Source: Deltaproteobacteria bacterium
GTDB taxonomy: Bacteria; Desulfobacterota; Dissulfuribacteria; Dissulfuribacterales; QOAL01
Assembly (NCBI GenBank): GCA_026995935.1
Contig: JALWNK010000018.1
Location: 1,245-65,244, forward strand
Direction: 5' to 3'
DNA length: 64,000 nucleotides
The translations under genes were made by a program, and so were the position numbers. The notes below the pieces were generated by a model. It worked only from the letters and a program-made list of their open reading frames with translations. It ran no database searches and was not told where the DNA came from. This document shows, in pieces, positions 46,151 to 52,513 of the stretch. How positions within the stretch are numbered: position 1 is the stretch's first letter; every line of letters starts with the position of its first letter.

Positions 46151-46226
46151 TTTTATCCATCGGTCGCCCCGATGGATAAAAGAATTGTCTCTTAGCGTTC
46201 TTCGCGCCTTTGCGGTTCAGCTTTTT
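46151..46226 (+). repeat. H-X-Y repeat family 2, block f
   Basis: Hairpin variant ATCCATCGG-TCGCC-CCGATGGAT 46151-46181 and X 46191-46226. Confidence 0.85.
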
Positions 46227-46259
46227 GTTTTTCACCGTCCACTGTACTTTTAGTTTGTT

Positions 46260-46580
46260 ATGGACGTTAAAATAAACTTAATACAAGAAGCTATTGTGCA
46301 AGGTGAATATCGTTTCACGCTCCATGCTCTTGAAAGGTGTATAGAACGAAATATATCTCCTAATGAAATCAAAGAGGCAATTCTGAATGGTGAAATTATC
46401 GAATATTATGCCCAGGATAAGTATGGGCCTAGTTGTCTTATTTGCGGTATTACGGATAAAGCCAGATTTTTACATGTGCTTTGTTCCTTGAAACCTGTAT
46501 GGGTAATTACAAGTTATGATCCAACTCTTAATTCGAAAGCATGGGATCACAATTACACGGTCAGGAGGAAGAAAAAATGA
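46260..46580 (+). CDS. DUF4258-domain protein (BrnT-like toxin candidate)
   Basis: 106 aa. Block YRFTLHALERCIERNISPNEIKEAILNGEIIE...LHVLCSLKPVWVITSYDP. Confidence 0.7.
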   Translation: MDVKINLIQEAIVQGEYRFTLHALERCIERNISPNEIKEAILNGEIIEYYAQDKYGPSCLICGITDKARFLHVLCSLKPVWVITSYDPTLNSKAWDHNYTVRRKKK

Positions 46581-46807
46581 AATGCCCGGCTTGCGGGGAG
46601 GTCCTGATTAAAAAAAAGGGTGAAATTGATCTGAGAATAAATGGGAAGCTTTATATGGTTAGAGAAGTAACATTTGAAATGTGCCCTGGATGCGGTGAAA
46701 GAGTGCTGTCCCCAGAGGTAAGTCAAAATATTTTTCAAAAAATCAAAGCCAGGAAATATAAAGAAGAAACGATCAAAATACCTGTTTTAAACGGAACCTA
46801 TGGTTAA
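46577..46807 (+). CDS. YgiT-type zinc-finger protein (MqsA-like antitoxin candidate)
   Basis: MKCPACGE...FEMCPGCGERVLSP has two CxxC pairs. ATGA overlap with the DUF4258 gene. The ORF track start 46541 is upstream and in-frame. Confidence 0.7.
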   Translation: MKCPACGEVLIKKKGEIDLRINGKLYMVREVTFEMCPGCGERVLSPEVSQNIFQKIKARKYKEETIKIPVLNGTYG

Positions 46808-47075
46808 TTCCCATCGGCCGCCCCGATGGGAAAAAGCCTGAAACCCTTAGCGCCCTTAGAGCCTCAGCTTTTGTTTTTTTAAACCGCCCGTCCGCTTTCA
46901 TCGGATTCAAGCCGCAATGTACGCGAAGGAAGAACCTAACGCCAAGCAAGCTGTTGATTTCCTGTCGGTACACCCCGACAGGGAAGAATTAAAAATCTTA
47001 GCGTTCTTAGCGCCTTTGCGGTTCAGCTCTTGTTTTTTAAACTTTGAGCTTTCAGCTTCCAGCTTCTCGCTTTAA
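46808..47075 (+). repeat. H-X-Y repeat family 2, block g (tandem dimer plus CAGCTTC-rich tail)
   Basis: Hairpins 46808-46832 (CATCGG type) and 46958-46985 (CTGTCGG type); X modules 46845-46872 and 46997-47030; Y 46877-46955. Begins 1 nt after the stop codon. Confidence 0.85.
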
Positions 47076-47178
47076 GCTATCCTAATACTATGCTAAAATT
47101 ACTCCAAGCAGAGCTGGCTGTACGCACCCACCAGACATGTTGTTCGGATTGAACATAAGACATTTCGCAGGATAACAA

Positions 47179-47385
47179 ATGAAGGAATTCAGTGTCATAA
47201 TAGAAAAAGATGAAGACGGGTATTATGTCGCTTGCGTGCCAGTGCTTCGCGGCTGTCATACTTAGGCGAAATCTTTAGATACTTTGCTAGAGAGGATTAA
47301 AGAGGCAATTGAACTTTGTCTTGAGGTAGAAGAGCCAATATCCACTGAGTTTATCGGCGTACAAAAAGTAGCAGTGAACGGATGA
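47179..47385 (+). pseudogene. hicB: HicB-family antitoxin with an in-frame TAG
   Basis: MKEFSVIIEKDEDGYYVACVPVLRGCHT*AKSLDTLLERIKEAIELCLE. TAG at 47263-47265 sits where HicB proteins normally have Gln (GCHTQ). Not in the ORF track because of the stop. Confidence 0.7.
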
Positions 47386-47513
47386 CAACGTTTCCGGCCG
47401 TAACGGGGCCTCGGCTTATTCTGGCACTGGGAAAATTAGGCTTTGAAGTGATACGTGTAAAGGGGAGCCATCACTTCTTGAAGCACCAAGACGGTCGTTG
47501 TACGGTAGTTCCC
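47382..47513 (+). pseudogene. hicA: HicA-family toxin, 3'-truncated by a repeat hairpin
   Basis: ATGA overlap with hicB. LGFEVIRVKGSHHFLKHQDGRCTVVP is HicA-like. Homology stops where hairpin 47509-47536 begins, and the remainder of ORF 47382-47810 is translated repeat. Confidence 0.7.
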
Positions 47514-47740
47514 TGTCGGTTAACCCCGACAGGGAATAGAAAAATAAACTTCGCGTTCTTCGCGCCTTTGCGGTTCAGCTTTTGTTTTTTTAAACCGCCC
47601 ATCCGCTTTCATCGGATTCAAGCCGCAATGTACGCGAAGGAAGAACCTAACGCCAAGCAAGCTGTTGATTTCCTGTCGGTACACCCCGACAGGAAAGAAT
47701 CGAAACCCTTAGCGTTCTTCGCGCCTTTGCGGTTCAGCTC
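47509..47740 (+). repeat. H-X-Y repeat family 2, block h (tandem dimer)
   Basis: Hairpins 47509-47536 and 47669-47696; X modules 47549-47584 and 47708-47740; Y 47588-47668. Confidence 0.85.
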
Positions 47741-47836
47741 TGACATACTTACTAAAAATAGTAAATCCAACTTGGAAGAATACAACCAGAGAAATTCGTA
47801 CTCTGTTTAAACAGGGCTGTTAATCAGGCAGGATTT

Positions 47837-48676
47837 GTGACATTTAAAACGACTAAGAAAGGCCCAATCTTGCCAACCTTCTTTTGGATCATGTGCGTGA
47901 TTGTATCCTTCATATATGCAACCTATCCTGCCTGGCACTCGCTGATTCGCGCATGGAGTAACTACGAAGCATATTCGCACGGTTTTTTGATTATTCCGCT
48001 CTGTTTATTTTTGGTTTTTCTCAAAAGGGAAGAGTTAAGAAACACACCGGTAAGAGGATCTAATTGGGGGCTAGTTTTAACAATTTTGTCATTATGTCTC
48101 TATCTTTTTGCCCATGTTGCCGAGATAGTGACTGTCAGATCATTTAGCTTAATACTAATTTTGGTCGGCGTCATATTGTATTTATTTGGGTTTCAAGTAA
48201 TAAAAGAATTGATATTTCCTTTTTCATTACTCCTCTTTATGGTGCCGATTCCATCGCAAATTTATTCTTATTTAACACTTCCCCTTCAGCTTTTTGTTTC
48301 AAAAACATCTGTATGGTTGGCCTCAGTGCTTGGGGTTCCTGTTTATAGTGAAGGCAATATTATTCATCTTCCTGACAAGACATTGCAGGTTGTAAGAGCA
48401 TGCAGTGGTATGAGATCCATAGTTTCTCTTTTGACGATAAGTGCTGTTTTAGGCTATTTAACGTTACACTCAAATATTCTTAGGTACGTATTATTTCTAT
48501 CAGGATTGCCCACTGCAATTATAGTAAATATTCTCAGAATATTGCTCATTTTAATTGCTATCTACTATTGGGGATTAGACTTAACTATAGACTGTTTTCA
48601 TATGATAACGGGTTTAGTTGTTTTCGGATCGGCTATTTTAATATTAATTTTAATTCGACAATGCTTATTAATTTAG
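47837..48676 (+). CDS. exosortase (copy 1)
   Basis: 279 aa polytopic protein. Exosortase signature residues YSHGFLI, P-x-P, VVRACSGMRS (Cys), NILRIL (Arg) and FHMITG (His). GTG start. Confidence 0.85.
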   Translation: MTFKTTKKGPILPTFFWIMCVIVSFIYATYPAWHSLIRAWSNYEAYSHGFLIIPLCLFLVFLKREELRNTPVRGSNWGLVLTILSLCLYLFAHVAEIVTVRSFSLILILVGVILYLFGFQVIKELIFPFSLLLFMVPIPSQIYSYLTLPLQLFVSKTSVWLASVLGVPVYSEGNIIHLPDKTLQVVRACSGMRSIVSLLTISAVLGYLTLHSNILRYVLFLSGLPTAIIVNILRILLILIAIYYWGLDLTIDCFHMITGLVVFGSAILILILIRQCLLI

Positions 48677-48695
48677 AGAAACATCAAATTACAAA

Positions 48696-49328
48696 TTGAT
48701 AATTTTGACGGTTTGTTTTTTACTTAGGGGTGTGGTTGTTAATGGAATAAAACCAGAATGTAAGATATTATACAAAAATAAAAAATTCAAGCAGGTCCTT
48801 GCCAAAATTCCGGGTTGGAGCGTAGTAAGTTTTGATCCTCTTGATAAGAGGATAATAAAGACCTTGAAACTTGACGACCATATCAATGTTACATACACTG
48901 ACGGAAAAGACAATGTTTCCCTATATATTGGATATTATTTTTCAAACAAGAAAATAGGTGCTGCTCATGATCCCATGGTTTGTTTTCCTGGCCAGGGTTG
49001 GACAGTTCTAGGAAACGAGAAAGGAAAAATTGAAGTTGACCACTCAAACTCTTCCGCTGTCAAATATTCCAGCATGATAGTGAGTAAGGGAGGCCGGAGA
49101 GAGCTTGTCATTTATTGGATCCAATCTTACGATTGTTCTAGTTCAGACACGTTTTCGCAGAAGTTTCATGCATTTTTGAATAATTTTTCCAGTCACGCCC
49201 ATGGTAACGCTTTTGTGAGAGTGACTGTAAACCTAAAAAATACATCCCTTGATCAGGCCCAAAAGGTTTGTGAAAAATTCATAAAGGCCTTTTATCCTGT
49301 TTTTTTGACGTATATTTATAGAAGTTAA
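48696..49328 (+). CDS. EpsI-family exosortase-associated protein (copy 1)
   Basis: 210 aa. Motif AAHDPMVCFPGQGW is typical of EpsI. Lies immediately downstream of the exosortase. TTG start. Confidence 0.8.
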   Translation: MIILTVCFLLRGVVVNGIKPECKILYKNKKFKQVLAKIPGWSVVSFDPLDKRIIKTLKLDDHINVTYTDGKDNVSLYIGYYFSNKKIGAAHDPMVCFPGQGWTVLGNEKGKIEVDHSNSSAVKYSSMIVSKGGRRELVIYWIQSYDCSSSDTFSQKFHAFLNNFSSHAHGNAFVRVTVNLKNTSLDQAQKVCEKFIKAFYPVFLTYIYRS

Positions 49329-49337
49329 TAATATTCT

Positions 49338-50570
49338 ATGGCAGTAATCATTTTCTGGACTTCGATCTTATTCATTTTTTATATCTATGCAGGCTATCCT
49401 CTGACAGTGTTTATACTTTCAAGATTTCTTAATAGATGTGTTAGAAAGTCAGCTATTTGTCCATCAGTAAGCATTCTAATTGCAGCATACAATGAAGAAG
49501 ATAATATAGAAGCTACTATCAGAAACAAGCTGCATCTTGACTATCCTGTAGATAAAATCGAGATTATTGTAATTTCAGATGGGTCAACAGATGGGACCGA
49601 CGACATCGTCAAGCAGTTTGATTCCAGTAAGGTACGGTTGTTGCGTCAAGAGCCGCGGGCTGGGAAAACTTCAGCACTTAACATGGCAGTTCCCAAGGCA
49701 AAGGGCGAAATCCTGGTCTTTTCCGATGCCAACTCAATTTATGCAAAGGACGCTCTCCATCATTTGGTTAGTAACTTTGCTGATTCCACTGTGGGCTATG
49801 TCACGGGCAAGATGATATATGTAAACCCTGATGGTTCTCCCATTGGTGATGGCTGCTCCGCGTATATGAAATACGAGAATTTTTTGCGAGAAGCCGAGAC
49901 AAGGGTAGGCTCTATAGTGGGAGTTGACGGGGGAATTGACGCGGTGAGAAAAGAGCTTTACAGGCCCATGAACCCGGACCAACTGCCTGATTTCGTGTTA
50001 CCTTTGATGGTTGTTGATCAGGGCTACAGGGTTGTCTACGAACCTGCTGCGATCCTCAAGGAACCGGCACTCAAAGCGCCCAGGGATGAATACAGAATGC
50101 GCGTCCGCGTCTCTCTCCGAGCCCTCTGGGCCCTATGGGACATGCGCCACCTCCTCATCGCCAGGCGCTCCCAGCATTCCCACGTTCATCCCTTCACACG
50201 CTCTCACGTTCCCAATTCCGCCGCCTCCCAGCCTCCCAGCTTCCTAGCTTCCCAGCCTCCTAGCCTTTACGCTTACCAACTCTGGTCTCACAAGGTTCTC
50301 CGCTATCTTGCTTTTGTCTTTTTGATAGCTGCATATATATCAAACATGATGCTCTGGCATGCCTCTTGGGGATACAAGGCTTTGTTTGTCATACAAAATA
50401 TATTTTACTTGGCTGCACTCGCTGCACCAGTCCTCGAAAAATACGGTTTCAAATCTAGGGTTCTCTATTTGACAAATTACTTTACTTTGCTAAACGCTGC
50501 ATCAGCCCATGCCTCCATCAAATTCCTCCTCCGCCAAAAAATGATCACTTGGACACCGAGGAAGGGATGA
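49338..50570 (+). CDS. family 2 glycosyltransferase with C-terminal TM region and an unusual in-frame low-complexity insert
   Basis: GT2 blocks VSILIAAYNEE, VISDGSTDGT and SDANS. Insert RRSQHSHVHPFTRSHVPNSAASQPPSFLASQPPS is encoded at about 50160-50266. Confidence 0.85.
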   Translation: MAVIIFWTSILFIFYIYAGYPLTVFILSRFLNRCVRKSAICPSVSILIAAYNEEDNIEATIRNKLHLDYPVDKIEIIVISDGSTDGTDDIVKQFDSSKVRLLRQEPRAGKTSALNMAVPKAKGEILVFSDANSIYAKDALHHLVSNFADSTVGYVTGKMIYVNPDGSPIGDGCSAYMKYENFLREAETRVGSIVGVDGGIDAVRKELYRPMNPDQLPDFVLPLMVVDQGYRVVYEPAAILKEPALKAPRDEYRMRVRVSLRALWALWDMRHLLIARRSQHSHVHPFTRSHVPNSAASQPPSFLASQPPSLYAYQLWSHKVLRYLAFVFLIAAYISNMMLWHASWGYKALFVIQNIFYLAALAAPVLEKYGFKSRVLYLTNYFTLLNAASAHASIKFLLRQKMITWTPRKG

Positions 50571-50700
50571 CGCAGTATCGGGGTCATTGAGTTTATTGGG
50601 TTTGTGGAATGAGGGTAGAAAATGTGGGACAATAATTGAAAAAAATTCAACCTTAAGGATATTCAAAGGGGCCTACAGACCCCTGCTTGGGAGGAAAGAC

Positions 50701-50931
50701 ATGAAATTTTCGAGGATTACAGTTAATCCCGAACAGATGGACGGTGTACCTTGTATTCGAGGGCTAAGAATTCCCGTTGCCACAGTGGTAGGGATGGTCT
50801 CAGACGGAATAAGCAACGAGGAGATTCTTAAGGCCTATCCTGACTTGGAACCTGAAGATATACGGGAGGCATTAAAATATGATGCTGAAGCTGTAAGGGA
50901 GCGTGAACTGCCGTTGTTAAAGGCCGTATGA
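50701..50931 (+). CDS. DUF433-domain protein (antitoxin-like)
   Basis: Block MDGVPCIRGLRIPVATVVGMVSDGISNEEILKAYPDLEPEDIREAL. ATG 50701 is preferred over the ORF track start 50587. Confidence 0.75.
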   Translation: MKFSRITVNPEQMDGVPCIRGLRIPVATVVGMVSDGISNEEILKAYPDLEPEDIREALKYDAEAVRERELPLLKAV

Positions 50932-51041
50932 AGTTCTTGGTGGACAACGCCCTATCACCAATGTACGCACCAGATCTCTTTTTTCCCCTTTCGCGCCTTA
51001 ACCTTTTCTCGCACCCAGCGATTAAACAGACCAGATAGACC
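50928..51041 (+). pseudogene. remnant of a DUF5615 (PIN-like) partner of DUF433
   Basis: ATGA overlap with the DUF433 gene. MKFLVDNALSP matches the usual DUF5615 N-terminus, then homology is lost and the frame stops after 37 codons. Confidence 0.45.
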
Positions 51042-51134
51042 AAACAAACCTAATCCATTGGACACCGCCTAGATAATGAGCTAACATGAACTAAACAGAT
51101 TTACCAGCCAGGATGTCTCAGGGGGTGTAGTAAT

Positions 51135-51323
51135 ATGGGGAACATAGTTATTCGAAAGGATGAGGATATTCTCAAGGCAAGGGATAAGATTCAGTATGGT
51201 TTAAAAAGGGTAAAGGCACTCGATGCCCGGTTGTATCTTGGGAAACTGAGAATAAAAGACGATGCCTTAGCCTACCAGAAGGAGCTTAGGAAAGAGTGGG
51301 ATACTGATGAGCATGCTCATTGA
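51135..51323 (+). CDS. putative antitoxin of the downstream PIN toxin
   Basis: 62-aa ORF that overlaps the PIN gene by 17 nt. No family recognised. Confidence 0.4.
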   Translation: MGNIVIRKDEDILKARDKIQYGLKRVKALDARLYLGKLRIKDDALAYQKELRKEWDTDEHAH

Positions 51324-51672
51324 TACCAATATCGCGCTATATCTATTCGGGGGCGACGCTCGAATTGCCGAGATACTGGACGGGCAAGTCGTCTATGTTT
51401 CATTCATAACCGAATTGGAATTATTGGGTTACCCGAACATAACCGCAGACGAGGAGAAAGTGATAATGGATTTCCTCGATAATTGCGTGGTCATGGATCC
51501 CAATAGTCAGATTAAGGAGGCATCAGTAAAGTTTAGGAGAAGGTACGGTTTAAAGCTCCCCGATTGTATTATTGCGGCTACGGCCTACTATTTGGGTATC
51601 CCCCTTATAAGCGCCGATAAGGACTTTATGAGAATGAAAGAGATTGATTTTGTTGCGTATGAACGAAGCTAA
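51307..51672 (+). CDS. vapC: PIN-domain toxin (VapC family)
   Basis: 121 aa. Blocks LIDTNIALYLF and PDCIIAATAYYLGIPLISADKDF. Confidence 0.85.
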   Translation: MSMLIDTNIALYLFGGDARIAEILDGQVVYVSFITELELLGYPNITADEEKVIMDFLDNCVVMDPNSQIKEASVKFRRRYGLKLPDCIIAATAYYLGIPLISADKDFMRMKEIDFVAYERS

Positions 51673-51906
51673 GGCTATTTCTGACCAAAACTCAAAATTG
51701 GCAGTTCGCCGCCCAGCCGCCTAGCGGCCAAGCTGTCCAGCTGCCTGGCTGCGCTCGCAGCTCCAATCCTCGAAAAACATGGTCTCAAGTCCCGGGTCCT
51801 CTATCTGGCTAATTACTTTACTCTGCTAAACGCTGCATCTGCCCATGCCTTCATAAAGTTTATCCTCCGCCAAAAAATGATCACCTGGACACCTAGGAAA
51901 GGATGA
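51673..51906 (+). pseudogene. 3'-terminal fragment of a second GT2 gene (duplicate of 50420-50570)
   Basis: In-frame translation ...LAALAAPILEKHGLKSRVLYLANYFTLLNAASAHAFIKFILRQKMITWTPRKG* against LAALAAPVLEKYGFKSRVLYLTNYFTLLNAASAHASIKFLLRQKMITWTPRKG* at the end of 49338-50570. Confidence 0.75.
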
Positions 51907-51930
51907 CACAGTGAAGTCGGGAATCTATGA

Positions 51931-51953
51931 GGATGGGAAGGTGGGAAGTTGAG
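51931..51953 (-). repeat. TTCCCA-rich motif, inverted copy left of the four-helix-bundle gene
   Basis: GGATGGGAAGGTGGGAAGTTGAG. Its reverse complement CTCAACTTCCCACCTTCCCATCC resembles 52376-52399. GGGAAGGTG is exactly complementary to CACCTTCCC at 52380-52388. Confidence 0.6.
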
Positions 51954-51985
51954 TTGATAAATATCATAGCGGAAAATACACGTTT

Positions 51986-52375
51986 ATGCGACAGAGAATA
52001 AAAAGAGCCCGGGATCTGGATGTATATAAAGCGGCTTTTTCAGCAGCCATGGAGATTTTTCGGATTTCAAAAGATTTCCCATCTGAGGAAAGATATTCCT
52101 TAACCGACCAGATAAGAAGATCCTCGAGATCCATATGCTCAAACCTTGCTGAAGCCTGGCGAAAGAGGAGGTATCGTGCTGTATTCGCGAACAAGATCTC
52201 GGACGCGATGCAAGAAGCCTCAGAGACTCAAACATGGTTGGACTTCTGTTTGGCATGTGGGTACATAGATGAAGGAAATTTTAACCGCTTGGACGGTGAA
52301 TACGATAAAATTTTGGGTATGCTCAACTCAATGGAAATGAATGCTGACAAATTCTGCTTCCCGAAAGAAAAATGA
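51986..52375 (+). CDS. four-helix-bundle protein (23S rRNA intervening-sequence protein family)
   Basis: 129 aa. Block DLDVYKAAFSAAMEIFRISKDFPSEERYSLTDQIRRSSRSICSNLAEAW...EASETQTWLDF is typical of this family. Confidence 0.85.
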   Translation: MRQRIKRARDLDVYKAAFSAAMEIFRISKDFPSEERYSLTDQIRRSSRSICSNLAEAWRKRRYRAVFANKISDAMQEASETQTWLDFCLACGYIDEGNFNRLDGEYDKILGMLNSMEMNADKFCFPKEK

Positions 52376-52492
52376 CTCACACCTTCCCAACTTCATCCCT
52401 TTTAGGACACTTGTGAATCAGCAGAAGAGAAATAGAGACATCCTGGGAATGGTTCACACCTTCCCACCGTCCCACGTTCCCAACCTCATCCC
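52376..52492 (+). repeat. TTCCCA-rich motifs right of the four-helix-bundle gene (two copies)
   Basis: CTCACACCTTCCCAACTTCATCCC at 52376-52399 and TTCACACCTTCCCACCGTCCCACGTTCCCAACCTCATCCC at 52453-52492. Confidence 0.6.
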
Positions 52493-52513
52493 TCGGCGCT
52501 TTGGGTTTTCAAA

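Noticed and set aside
47263-47265. In-frame TAG in hicB as a pyrrolysine codon
   Set aside because: There are no pyl genes or PYLIS-like context in the window. The codon replaces a conserved Gln (a one-step CAG to TAG change), and the partner hicA is also truncated. Simple pseudogenisation is the better explanation.
40881-47740. Possibility that the regularly recurring repeats form a CRISPR array
   Set aside because: The repeat units are 75-260 nt modular blocks and their spacing is irregular (hundreds to more than 1000 bp). The intervening sequences are complete genes, and no cas genes are present in the window.
42829-47740. Possibility that the co-oriented repeats are integron attC sites separating gene cassettes (TA-rich, as in chromosomal superintegrons)
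   Set aside because: This is attractive but unsupported. There is no intI or attI in the window. The hairpin is a short perfect 9-12-bp stem rather than a long imperfect R''-L''/L'-R' palindrome with extrahelical bases, and I could not find RYYYAAC/GTTRRRY boxes at the block ends. It is kept only as something to test genome-wide.
47382-47810. 142-aa ORF in the track that looks like a medium-sized gene
   Set aside because: Only the first ~44 codons are HicA-like. The rest (CRLTPTGNRKINFAFFAPLRFSFCFF...) is a read-through translation of the H-X-Y repeat modules. The same peptide strings appear wherever the repeat is translated.
50587-50700. N-terminal 38 codons of the ORF-track model for the DUF433 protein
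   Set aside because: The DUF433 domain starts after the internal Met (MKFSRITVNPEQMDG...). The upstream part overlaps the GGGA/GTGGGA-rich motif that follows the GT2 stop and has no homology context.
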